From Candidatus Micrarchaeota archaeon (lineage in GTDB: Archaea > Micrarchaeota > Micrarchaeia > Anstonellales > Bilamarchaeaceae), in contig JBDRLQ010000007.1 in NCBI GenBank assembly GCA_043812915.1, forward strand, positions 1 to 64,000: a stretch of DNA of 64,000 bases, in the 5' to 3' direction. The translations under genes and the position numbers were made by a program. Position 1 is the first letter of the stretch; every line of letters starts with the position of its first letter. Under the pieces are notes generated by a model, which searched no databases, was not told the origin of the DNA, and saw nothing but the letters and a program-made list of their open reading frames with translations. Below are positions 1 to 8,902 of this stretch, in pieces.

Positions 1-630
1 GAGGCAAAAACTACAATGGGGAACATAAAATTCCCGGATGACTACGAGGGCAAGTGGGTCATACTTTTTAGCCACCCGGCGGACTTCACACCTGTATGCA
101 CCACTGAGTTCATGACATTCGCGTCAATGCAGGAAGAATTCAGAAAACTCAATGCTGAATTGATAGGCTTGTCTATTGACAGCATCTATGCCCACATCGC
201 ATGGCTCAGGACAATAAAGGAGAAAATTGAATTTCATGGAATGAAGGATGTCGAGGTAAAGTTCCCGGTAATCGAGGATCTTAGCATGGAAGTGGCAAAG
301 AAATATGGCATGGTACAACCCAACGCATCCAGTACACAGGCAGTCAGGGCTGTTTTTGTAATAGATGATAAAGCGAAAGTCAGGGCAGTGCTTTATTACC
401 CCCTGTCAAACGGAAGAAACATGGACGAGATAAAGCGCCTGCTCATCGCAATGCAAAAATCGGATAAGGAAGGAATCGCCACGCCAGCAAACTGGCAGCC
501 TGGAGACGATGTGATTATACCTCCACCTGGCTCCTGCGGCTCGGCAAAGGAGAGGAGTGAAACACAAGAAGATGGAAAATATTGCTTGGACTGGTTCATC
601 TGCTTCAAGAAAGAGAGTGGAAAAAAATAA
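1..630 (+). CDS. Peroxiredoxin (AhpC/TSA, Prx6/archaeal type), 5'-truncated by window edge
   Basis: FSHPADFTPVCTTEF peroxidatic motif, TPANWQPG and C-terminal CLDWF; frame open from base 1 (EAKTT-MG). Confidence 0.95.
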   Translation, partial: EAKTTMGNIKFPDDYEGKWVILFSHPADFTPVCTTEFMTFASMQEEFRKLNAELIGLSIDSIYAHIAWLRTIKEKIEFHGMKDVEVKFPVIEDLSMEVAKKYGMVQPNASSTQAVRAVFVIDDKAKVRAVLYYPLSNGRNMDEIKRLLIAMQKSDKEGIATPANWQPGDDVIIPPPGSCGSAKERSETQEDGKYCLDWFICFKKESGKK

Positions 631-794
631 TCAGTTTCCCTTCCTTTATTCTTTTTACTTATATTTGAGTAGATGCATATTATAAGAATTTGCAGGCGTA
701 TTACGCTTAAGGGTTTCAAATCGAGATTGTTTTTCACTAGAGGATACTGCACGAAGATGACGGGTCTTTAATTGAGATGAGAGGACACTTTAAT

Positions 795-1673
795 ATGAAA
801 ACCGACCCAGAATGCATTCCATGCTTCCTGAATCAGGCGCTCAAAGCGATGCGCATTGCTGGCGATTTCGATAGCGCCAAAAAAGAAAGGGTCCTGAAAA
901 GAATAATGGCAAAATTGGCGAATCTGGATTTCGAGCTGAGTCCGCCAGAATTCGCACTGATTGTATATAAAATCTTAGAGGAAGAGCTTGGTGGAAATGG
1001 ATTTTATGATAAAATCAAAAAAAGTGACAGCATTTTCGCTGAAAGCTTAATCCCTATCGTAAAACAGATAATCACTGAATCAGATTATCCTCTATATGAG
1101 CTTGCAAAAATAGCCATACAAGGAAACAATATGGATTTTGCAATTCACACCAACTATGATATCAAAAAGCACATAAGGGAAAACATGAAGGGCGAACTTG
1201 CCGTGGATGATTTTGAATTGATGAGAAAAGATATGCTCCTGGCCGAATCAATCGCATATATCGTCGACAATGCTGGAGAGGCAGTTTTAGACAGAATGCT
1301 GATCGAGGAGATGACGAGGGTATGCAAAGCTAGGATAACTGTCCTGGTCCGCTCCAAGCCGATACTAAATGATGTTACTACTGAGGATGCGAAAAAAATT
1401 GGGTTCGAGCGAATACCGAATGTCAAAATAGAACGCGTAGATACTGTTTTTCCATTTATTGGCAAATCAGAAAAAATCGCCGAAATCCTCAAAAAATCTG
1501 ATTTGATTATAAGCAAAGGCCAGGCAAATTATGAATGCCTTTCAGAATCTGAAGCCAACATCTATTTTTTGCTGATTGCCAAATGTGATGTTATCGCAAG
1601 GAATATCGGGGTTAGTAAAGGCAGTTGTATTCTAATGAATAAAAAATTGAAGACTAATGTTGTTAGACAATAA
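795..1673 (+). CDS. DUF89/ARMT1-like damage-control phosphatase
   Basis: N-terminal ECIPC, GNNMD, VDNAGE, SKGQANYE and AKC motifs. Confidence 0.9.
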   Translation: MKTDPECIPCFLNQALKAMRIAGDFDSAKKERVLKRIMAKLANLDFELSPPEFALIVYKILEEELGGNGFYDKIKKSDSIFAESLIPIVKQIITESDYPLYELAKIAIQGNNMDFAIHTNYDIKKHIRENMKGELAVDDFELMRKDMLLAESIAYIVDNAGEAVLDRMLIEEMTRVCKARITVLVRSKPILNDVTTEDAKKIGFERIPNVKIERVDTVFPFIGKSEKIAEILKKSDLIISKGQANYECLSESEANIYFLLIAKCDVIARNIGVSKGSCILMNKKLKTNVVRQ

Positions 1674-1940
1674 CAAGAATCTGATTTAGCATTATGAGGA
1701 AAAGTATCAGAAGAATGATTCCCGAAAACAGATGTATATGTTTGATGTATCTTTCTTTTGCTTCCCCTATCTTTTCTGTTGAAGTTTTTCCGAAATATAT
1801 GGTAAGCGCTATGATAACCATCGGGAGGACGAAAAGAAATTATAAAGTACTAGATATGAAAGGGTTTGAATGGTAGCAGCCTTTGCTATCATTCCTAATA
1901 CGACTGAGTAGGGTCCAGAGGAACATGGGATGAGAAATAG
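1663..1940 (-). pseudogene. C-terminal remnant of a CcdA/DsbD-like thiol-disulfide membrane protein, frameshifted
   Basis: LFLIPCSSGPYSVVLGMIAK..LVLYN, then one-base frameshift near 1835 into FVLPMVIIALTIYFG..HLFSGIILLILFLIML..stop; no start or N-terminal half. Confidence 0.7.
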
Positions 1941-1941
1941 G

Positions 1942-1971
1942 TTTTTAAATGTTATGAATATATATTCATAA
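1942..1971 (+). promoter_or_regulatory. TATA box plus perfect 20-bp palindrome (candidate operator) upstream of the DUF134 gene
   Basis: TTTTTAAA at 1942-1949; TTATGAATAT|ATATTCATAA at 1952-1971; ATG at 1974. Confidence 0.75.
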
Positions 1972-1973
1972 GT

Positions 1974-2279
1974 ATGGTAAGACCAAAAAAGTGCAGGCTG
2001 GTGTATGCAGAGCCTGATGTCACATATTTCAAGCCAAGAGCAGTGCCGCTCATGGATCTTGAGGAAGTGGAACTTCCTGTTGAGGAATTCGAAGCTATCA
2101 GGCTCAGCGATTTGGAATGCCTTAAGCAGGCAGAGACAGCAAAAAAAATGGGCATCTCGCAACCAACCCTTCACAGGTTGCTCCAGTCTGCCCATAAAAA
2201 GATAGCAAATGCACTTGTTAATGGGAAGGCCATCAAGATTTACGGGGGAAATTATTCAGTAAAGAAAAAAACGAGGTGA
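1974..2279 (+). CDS. DUF134 (UPF0251) HTH DNA-binding protein
   Basis: MVRPKKCR, YFKPR, EEFEAIRLSD, MGISQPT HTH, ALVNGKAIKI.GG. Confidence 0.93.
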   Translation: MVRPKKCRLVYAEPDVTYFKPRAVPLMDLEEVELPVEEFEAIRLSDLECLKQAETAKKMGISQPTLHRLLQSAHKKIANALVNGKAIKIYGGNYSVKKKTR

Positions 2280-2327
2280 CCTTGAACAAGTTCAAGGACC
2301 TCCTTTTATAAAAACGAGGTGAATTTA

Positions 2328-2579
2328 ATGCCAGGTGGAGATGGAAGAGGCCCTGCGTGGGTCCAAGGAAGATGGAATTGTAGAAGAGGATTTGGAAGGG
2401 GCGTGGGGATTGGCTTTGGTCGCGGAGGCGGCTTCGGCAGAGGATTTGGAGCAGCATATCAGACATTTGCCCAACCTGCAAAAGAGGATGAAATCGGTGA
2501 ACTGGAATCCTATGCCAATGGGCTGAGGGCAGAACTGGAAGCGGTAAGGAAAAGAATAGTTGATCTGGGGAAAAAGTGA
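2328..2579 (+). CDS. DUF5320-like Gly/Arg-rich protein with C-terminal coiled coil
   Basis: MPGGDGRGP start, GFGRG repeats, coiled-coil tail; GAGGTGA RBS. Confidence 0.85.
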   Translation: MPGGDGRGPAWVQGRWNCRRGFGRGVGIGFGRGGGFGRGFGAAYQTFAQPAKEDEIGELESYANGLRAELEAVRKRIVDLGKK

Positions 2580-2583
2580 TTAA

Positions 2584-3006
2584 ATGAAAATCGCAGTTTC
2601 AACTTCGGAAGGGGGCTTGAAGGACATTGTATGTCCAGTTTTTGGTCGGTGTCCCACATTCACCATAATTACCACTAACGAAAAGAGTATCGAGAAGACC
2701 GAGACCCTACCTAATCCTGGGGGCCAAGCAGGTGGTGGGGCGGGTGTTGCTGCAGCACAGGCCGTCATTAATACTGGTGCAGATGCGGTGATAACAGGTA
2801 ACTGTGGTCCAAATGCACTGGCAGTGCTTCTACAAGCAGCTGTAAAAGTATACTCAGCTACAGGTACTGTTGAGGATGCGGTTAAAGAGCTGCTTGCCGG
2901 AAAGCTTTCAGAGGTAAGCGCTCCCACTGCTCCGGGCCACCTTGGCATGGGCTTTGGAAGAGGCAGAGGAAACCGTGGTGGGGGATTCAGAGGTGGCAGA
3001 AAGTGA
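2584..3006 (+). CDS. NifB/NifX (FeMo-co biosynthesis/Orange protein) family protein
   Basis: MKIAVST, FGRCPTF, GAGVAAAQ, ITGNCGPNA; GRG-rich tail. Confidence 0.9.
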   Translation: MKIAVSTSEGGLKDIVCPVFGRCPTFTIITTNEKSIEKTETLPNPGGQAGGGAGVAAAQAVINTGADAVITGNCGPNALAVLLQAAVKVYSATGTVEDAVKELLAGKLSEVSAPTAPGHLGMGFGRGRGNRGGGFRGGRK

Positions 3007-3350
3007 AGATTGTAGTTGCAACAGAGGGCGGCTTGGATGGAAATGCAGCCACGCATTTTGCCCATTGCTCCCATTTCGTTGTTTTTGAAGAAGAGGATGG
3101 CAGAATGAAAAATACCGAAATCGTGGAAAATCCTTATTTTAAGGAACATATTCCCGGCGTAATCCCGAAATTTGTGAAAAGCCTTGGTGCAGATGTTCTT
3201 ATCACAGATGGGATAGGACCATCGGCAATAGCTCTTTTTGGAAAGATGAATATTGAGGTATTGTACGGAGTCAAGGGAAAGGCAAGGGATTTGGCTGAAC
3301 GCTATCTGGAAGGAAAGCTAAAACCAAACGAAAATTCATGCAATCATTGA
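3003..3350 (+). CDS. NifB/NifX family protein
   Basis: HFAHC, NPY, DVLITDGIG, C-terminal NSCNH; GTG start overlapping the upstream stop. Confidence 0.9.
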   Translation: MKIVVATEGGLDGNAATHFAHCSHFVVFEEEDGRMKNTEIVENPYFKEHIPGVIPKFVKSLGADVLITDGIGPSAIALFGKMNIEVLYGVKGKARDLAERYLEGKLKPNENSCNH

Positions 3351-3400
3351 ACTATTTTAGGAATGTGTTGTGGTAAAAACAGTCACAAAAGAGGAGAAGA

Positions 3401-4225
3401 ATGATAATCGGTATTACAGGCGGAAAAGGAGGTACTGGAAAGACGGTTTTGGCAGTGAATCTTGCAGTCACACTTGCCAAAATGGGAAAGGATGTCGCTT
3501 ACCTCGACTGCGATGCAGACTGCCCAAGTTCACATATTATAGCGGGTACGGAATTAAGAGGAAGGGAAGAGATCCGCTCTTTTCTTCCACAATTCATCGA
3601 AGAGAAATGCATGCGCTGCGGAAAATGCGTCAATGTGTGTGAATTCAATGCCCTTTATCAGCTAAAAGACAAGGTACCCACGTTAGCCAGTTCCCTGTGC
3701 AGCGGATGCGGTGCATGTATGATTGCATGTCCGTGCGGTGCCATTGAAGAATCGAGCAAGGTCATAGGGTGGACATACACGGCAGAGAAATATGGCGTGG
3801 AATTTTTTTCCGGTGAGCTGAAGCCTTCAGAGCCACTGAGCGAGAAGATTGTGGATGCCGTCAAGCAGAGGGGACTGGCAAGGAAGCATGAAATCGTGAT
3901 TGTGGATACCGCTGCTGGTGCACACTGTCAGGTGGTATGTGCCTTAGAAGACTGTGATAAGGCGGTAGCAGTTACAGAACCGACTTTCTTTGGAGAGCAT
4001 GACCTAAAGGTTATCTCAGAGCTCCTGAAAAAGCTTGAAATACCGTATGAAACGGTTGTAAACAGAAGCACCATATCCGACAGGAAAATAGAATCGAGCC
4101 TGCAGATTCCTTATGACAGGGCCATGGTTGAATGTTATGTCGAGGGCATTCCAATTGTTGAAAAATTCCCTGAGCACCAGATCTCAAAGAAGATATTCTC
4201 GTTTGCGAAGAGGTTGATTGGATGA
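3401..4225 (+). CDS. MinD-superfamily P-loop ATPase with inserted ferredoxin domain (COG1149)
   Basis: GGKGGTGKT, DCDADCP, two CxxCxxCxxxC motifs, DTAAG, VTEPT. Confidence 0.92.
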   Translation: MIIGITGGKGGTGKTVLAVNLAVTLAKMGKDVAYLDCDADCPSSHIIAGTELRGREEIRSFLPQFIEEKCMRCGKCVNVCEFNALYQLKDKVPTLASSLCSGCGACMIACPCGAIEESSKVIGWTYTAEKYGVEFFSGELKPSEPLSEKIVDAVKQRGLARKHEIVIVDTAAGAHCQVVCALEDCDKAVAVTEPTFFGEHDLKVISELLKKLEIPYETVVNRSTISDRKIESSLQIPYDRAMVECYVEGIPIVEKFPEHQISKKIFSFAKRLIG

Positions 4226-5097
4226 AAGTGGCAATCCTTAGCGGAAAGGGGGGTACTGGAAAATCCTCATTTACATCTTCATTGGCACTTAGCATGTCAA
4301 AGAAAAAACTGGTTCTTGTTGATGCTGATGTGGACTGTCCGAATCAGCACATCATGTTTCCAGGAAAAACATTGCGCAGGGAACCGCTGCACGTATCAAA
4401 GACTGCTGTTTTTGATGAGACTAAACACAATGCCTCTTCTCGCTGTGCAGAAGTCTGTCGATTTGGTGCCATAAAGATAGTCGATGGTAAAGCGATTATA
4501 GATAGGATAAAATGCGAAGGATGCGGTGCCTGCGTTCTTGCATGCCCTGAGGCCATAAAGCTTGTTCCGAAGTTAAGCGGAGAACTGATCGTAAGGGAAA
4601 CACAGCAGTTTCCGCTTGTTTACGGAAAGCTGGAGCCTGGAGAGTCCGGAAGCGGCAGAGTGGTTTTTGAGGTAAAAAAAGCCGCTGATTCCATCGCAAA
4701 GGAGAAGGGTGCGGAATTGATTCTTGTGGACGCGCCTGCCGGCATCGGTTGTCCTGTGATAGCGGCTGTGATAGGTTGTGATTATGCAGTTGGGGTTGTT
4801 GAGCCCACTCCCGCCAGCATAGCGAACCTCGAAAGGGCTCTTGAGGTAGTCAGGCATTTTAGTATTCCGTTCTCGGTAGTGATAAATAAGGCGGGCATAT
4901 CCGAAATATATGAGAAAAAAATCAAGGAATGCTACGGGGACAAAGTGATTGCACTGATACCTTATGACGAAGAGGTTCCCCGTCTGCTTGCCCAGGCAAT
5001 CCCACCCATTCGCGGAAACGGAAAGGGAGCTGAGGGGTTCAAAAAAGCTGTTGAGGCCGTTGAAAAAGCTATGGAAACTTTTAGTCGAGCTGATTAG
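4222..5097 (+). CDS. MinD-superfamily P-loop ATPase with inserted ferredoxin domain (COG1149 paralog)
   Basis: SGKGGTGKS, DADVDCP, CEGCGACVLACP, DAPAGIGCPV; first Cys motif degenerate. Confidence 0.92.
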   Translation: MKVAILSGKGGTGKSSFTSSLALSMSKKKLVLVDADVDCPNQHIMFPGKTLRREPLHVSKTAVFDETKHNASSRCAEVCRFGAIKIVDGKAIIDRIKCEGCGACVLACPEAIKLVPKLSGELIVRETQQFPLVYGKLEPGESGSGRVVFEVKKAADSIAKEKGAELILVDAPAGIGCPVIAAVIGCDYAVGVVEPTPASIANLERALEVVRHFSIPFSVVINKAGISEIYEKKIKECYGDKVIALIPYDEEVPRLLAQAIPPIRGNGKGAEGFKKAVEAVEKAMETFSRAD

Positions 5098-5119
5098 TTT
5101 CTTCTTGGATTAAAAGGCT

Positions 5120-5245
5120 TCAGCAGTTCTTGCACTCATGTATTCTGTGTTTGGTCCCATCAGGGTGTATGCATTCATCCCCAGAATGTTTGTGGCCCTT
5201 GCACTTTTTGCAATTGCAGTCTTTGCCTTTATGTTTGTGTAGCAT
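5120..5245 (-). CDS. 41-aa Cys/His-rich peptide, metallothionein-like (not in ORF track)
   Basis: MLHKHKGKDCNCKKCKGHKHSGDECIHPDGTKHRIHECKNC; TTTATAAA 22 nt upstream of the ATG on the minus strand. Confidence 0.7.
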   Translation of the reverse strand: MLHKHKGKDCNCKKCKGHKHSGDECIHPDGTKHRIHECKNC

Positions 5246-5325
5246 GAAGAACCAATGCATAAGGACTTTTATAAATCTATTATCAGTCTTGCATCCTTCA
5301 GAGGCAGAAATTTATTGGATAACTC

Positions 5326-6090
5326 TCAGAATTTTTCGCCAGGCCTTCTCGCGGCTGTTTCATGGATGTCCAGGGGCACTACCTGCGGTTTCCTTTTTTT
5401 GTAAACAGAGATGAATGGCAGCCCTTTGAACAAGTCCTCGATTTGGTCTATTTCATCTTCAGATAGGTGGGGGACTGGGGAATGGCGAAGAGGAGTGTCT
5501 ATCTGGACTTCGTCGGGCTTCAGTTCACGTGCAAGTTCTGCCATCTTTCCCGCGGTTTCCTGGTTATCTCTTATAAACATCATCTGCAAAGCAAACTTCC
5601 CCCCGAACTCTTTCCTGAAATCCCTCAATCCATCAAGAACAGTCTCGAAATCGATACCTTCGATTGGTTTGTTTATCTTCTGGAAAAGTCGCTCGTCAGG
5701 TGCATCTAACTTGGCTGAAACGATGTCTGCTCTGCTTAGCTCCCTCCTCACCTCTTTCAAGTGCAATAGGGAAGAATTTGTAAGAACGACGACCGGAAAG
5801 CCAAACGTCTGCGCGAATTCTATCATGTCACCGAGCTTTTGATTGAGGGTCGGTTCACCAGTGCCGGAGAAGGTTATCACTTCGCTAGTGCTTTTATCGA
5901 CCCTCTTAAGCTCTTTACATACCTGTGCATACTCCACGTATTCTTCTCTTTCCATTGTCTTGTTCTTTGTCTTCCCCAACTGGCAGTAAACGCAGTCAAA
6001 TGAACATATCTTCTTCATGCTGCATATGGGATCCACGCCCAGTGATTTGCCAAACCGCCATGATGGGACGGGTCCGTAGACTGTTTTCAT
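5326..6090 (-). CDS. Radical SAM protein (COG0731-like Fe-S oxidoreductase)
   Basis: VYGPVPSWRFGKSLG, CSFDCVYCQ, TFSGTGEPTL, LTNSSL. Confidence 0.92.
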   Translation of the reverse strand: MKTVYGPVPSWRFGKSLGVDPICSMKKICSFDCVYCQLGKTKNKTMEREEYVEYAQVCKELKRVDKSTSEVITFSGTGEPTLNQKLGDMIEFAQTFGFPVVVLTNSSLLHLKEVRRELSRADIVSAKLDAPDERLFQKINKPIEGIDFETVLDGLRDFRKEFGGKFALQMMFIRDNQETAGKMAELARELKPDEVQIDTPLRHSPVPHLSEDEIDQIEDLFKGLPFISVYKKRKPQVVPLDIHETAARRPGEKF

Positions 6091-6396
6091 GATTTCTCAC
6101 ATAGATATTACTCAAAAATAATATAAGTTTTACATGCAAGATATTGTACGAAAGTGCTGGATGTTGCATGTTTGACGACGGTGCCATCCTGAAATCGGCG
6201 GACATCCCCGAGGCGTGAAAACAGAAGCTTAGCATAGCCATGGGGAGCAGTGGCGCCAGCCACTCAATCCCCTAGGCGTTTGATTTACTATTTTTTTAAT
6301 AACAAATGGATGTACAATTAATTTTCAGGATCCGCAAAATCCTCGGTGTAATGCAGAAGAGACATGATTTGAGCCGTGGGCAGTTCACCCGCTTTC

Positions 6397-7887
6397 TTAA
6401 TCTCCCGGCATACTATCTATCTTGCCGAAATCCCCGTCAAAAAGGAAATCGAAGAAATCGTGCGCCAGCATGCCCACATAGCGCAGCGCGCCCGCATTCT
6501 GGTATTTCCTGTGCATGCTCTTTAGCTCAGGCGGGATGGCCGCCCTTTCCGCATAAACCGTTGCCGCCTCCTTCCTCATGACCGCGAACACCCTCCCATG
6601 CATGGTCAGTATCCTGGCGCGTATCATGCCTATCAGCTCTTCCACGCCCGGCCTGCCCTGCCCAGGCGCCTCTATGACGGTCATTCCCATGCCGAGCGAG
6701 TCCGCCCCTATCACATAAAGCCCGCTTCTCCTCTCCAGCACGAATGGCAGCGTCTTGTGCTCGTCCGTCTCGAAATGCGTGTTTATGCCGTTCGCCCGGT
6801 TGAGCTCCGTCGCTAGCGCAAGATTGGTCTGGTTCACCCACAGATTGGGGTTGCCGATATGCTCCCGGTTTATCTCCTTGAGGAATTTTCTTAGCTTCGG
6901 TTCGCTCACCCGCATCTCCGCGTTCTTCGCGTACAGGCTCGCATTCCACATGGCTATGGAATCAAACCTCTGGGACAATAGAAGCGCCTCGTCAAGGGAC
7001 AATGCGCATGTTTCCACCGCGCTAAAGAGCCCGACTATAGGTATGGGCAGGTTGGGCGAGTTGAAGTTGACTGGATGGGCGATGCCTAGCGCAAGCTGGT
7101 CTTTCCCCTGCATCCTGAAGAGGATATCCAGCATATCGTACATGCCCATGCCCGAGAAGAAGGAAGCCATGCTATTCGGCACCCTCTTGTAAAGGATGTC
7201 TTCCCTCACCTCCAGCGCAGCTTCAATATTCGCCATCCACAGCAGGATGTGGGGCCCGTTCGGCTCCTTTAGCGGAGCGGTCAATTCCACTGACGGCACC
7301 GCCATCAGCCCGAGCAGGGCCGCGGACTTTGACATCAGGTTGAACATCTGTTTCTCGAAGGAGTTGTGTGTTGTGAGCGCGTAATAGTCGCTATGGTAGA
7401 ACAGGGCTTTCCTCAGGTTGTCTGTCAGGGATGACACGCCGTCGTCGTAGGGCACCAAGCCCTGCATTGCCTGCCTGCTCCCCATGGGCGGCGTAATTGC
7501 GCCGAAATGCGAGTGCGGCACGAAAAAGAAATGATCCGGCTTCTTGTGCATGGCCGCGCCCTTCGCCTGCCAGATCGCCTGTTCGACCTCGCCCCTGGAT
7601 GCGTCCTTCTCCAATGTTATTGAGCGTATGAACTGCTCCCTCTTGAGTTCAAGCCCGTTCTGGTCTGGGTCGTAGAAATACAACGTCAGCTTTCCGTCAT
7701 CGTGTCTTCTGGCGAGTATGCAGAAGTTCGAGCTTTTCCCGTCCAGCCCGCGGTTGAAAATCAGCTCTGCTCTGGGGTACAATGAGCGGAAGAATGCGCC
7801 GTTGATGTTTTTTCTATGTGCGAGGGGAAAGCCTGCACGCTCCATCCCGGAGACCAGCCTGTCCTCCACTTTTCCTCCTGCTCTCAT
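6397..7887 (-). CDS. PHP-like metal-dependent hydrolase with an uncharacterised N-terminal domain
   Basis: HSH, LTTHN, SVEL, H, IAHP and TDEH motifs in PHP order; GGTGA RBS before ATG 7887. Confidence 0.7.
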   Translation of the reverse strand: MRAGGKVEDRLVSGMERAGFPLAHRKNINGAFFRSLYPRAELIFNRGLDGKSSNFCILARRHDDGKLTLYFYDPDQNGLELKREQFIRSITLEKDASRGEVEQAIWQAKGAAMHKKPDHFFFVPHSHFGAITPPMGSRQAMQGLVPYDDGVSSLTDNLRKALFYHSDYYALTTHNSFEKQMFNLMSKSAALLGLMAVPSVELTAPLKEPNGPHILLWMANIEAALEVREDILYKRVPNSMASFFSGMGMYDMLDILFRMQGKDQLALGIAHPVNFNSPNLPIPIVGLFSAVETCALSLDEALLLSQRFDSIAMWNASLYAKNAEMRVSEPKLRKFLKEINREHIGNPNLWVNQTNLALATELNRANGINTHFETDEHKTLPFVLERRSGLYVIGADSLGMGMTVIEAPGQGRPGVEELIGMIRARILTMHGRVFAVMRKEAATVYAERAAIPPELKSMHRKYQNAGALRYVGMLAHDFFDFLFDGDFGKIDSMPGD

Positions 7888-8092
7888 CTCTTCACCGTGT
7901 TTTATTATGGCTGATTGTATTTTTAATTGCCAAGGTCCGGGAAAACCCCGGCACAATGCGGAAGAGATACGCCATTGAGCATCAGGACGCAATGCGCAAC
8001 GGGGATGCGGGTTCCATTTGCCCAATGTCCGTAGCGATTCTATCGTGAGCCGGACAATGGAGCGGCGTGGCGCCAGAGCGTCATAGGGCCTG

Positions 8093-8902
8093 CTAGCCGG
8101 CCATCTTTCTGAGCAGGTAACTGGTAAGGAAAGCGGCTGCAAGAAGGAGGATTATCGTTGCCCCGGACGGAAGGTCGAAAACATATGAGAGCCACAGCCC
8201 CCCCAAGGTCAGGATGGCGCAGGCAATCACTGAAAAGGCCATCATGCGCCCCAGGCTATTTGTGTGCTGTTTCGCTATGGCAGCTGGCAGCGTGAGCAGG
8301 GCTATTACCAGTATTATGCCAACCACCTTTATCATCACAACAACGCTGAGCGCGACCAGGCACAGCAGGAGGAGGTAAAGCCGCCTGGTCGGAACGCCCG
8401 AAACCTCCGCGAATTCCTCGTCGAAGGACAGCGCTTTCAGCTCCTTGTAAAGGAAAAACGTGAATATTATGATGACCAGGTCCAGAATGCCCATAACTGC
8501 AAGCTCAAGCACGGGCACTGTCAGGATGTTGCCGAACAGGTAGCTGAAAAGGTCCGGCGCGTAGCCCTCGCTAAGGTGTATGAAAAGTATCCCAAGGGCC
8601 ATTCCGACGGCCCAGAATATCCCTATGGAAGTGTCTTCGCTGATTTTGGTTTCCTTTGATACGATTCCCATGCCCAGTGCGGACAGGACGCTCCATGGAA
8701 CGGCGGTAAGAATCGGGTCGGCGTTTATCAGGTATCCAAGCCCGATGCCCCCGAAAGCGGTGTGGGCAATCCCGCCGCTTATCGCGACTATCCTCTTGAC
8801 CACAACGTAGGTGCCGACTATCCCGCAGGCTATGCTCACAAGGAAGGCCGCGGCAAACGCGTTTCTCATGAATTCATACTGCAGGATGTCCATCTTAGTC
8901 AT
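8093..8902 (-). CDS. znuB: Zn/Mn ABC transporter permease
   Basis: [41 protein letters not shown]. Confidence 0.92.
   Translation of the reverse strand: MTKMDILQYEFMRNAFAAAFLVSIACGIVGTYVVVKRIVAISGGIAHTAFGGIGLGYLINADPILTAVPWSVLSALGMGIVSKETKISEDTSIGIFWAVGMALGILFIHLSEGYAPDLFSYLFGNILTVPVLELAVMGILDLVIIIFTFFLYKELKALSFDEEFAEVSGVPTRRLYLLLLCLVALSVVVMIKVVGIILVIALLTLPAAIAKQHTNSLGRMMAFSVIACAILTLGGLWLSYVFDLPSGATIILLLAAAFLTSYLLRKMAG

Noticed and set aside
2584..3350. Nitrogen fixation genes
   Set aside because: NifX-family domains occur widely without nitrogenase; no nifHDK here
6148..6200. KVLDVAC, a possible methyltransferase motif I remnant
   Set aside because: Too short, frame closes quickly, no other motifs
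7888..8142. N-terminal extension of the 581-aa ORF
   Set aside because: Overlaps znuB; RBS and AT-rich promoter point to ATG 7887
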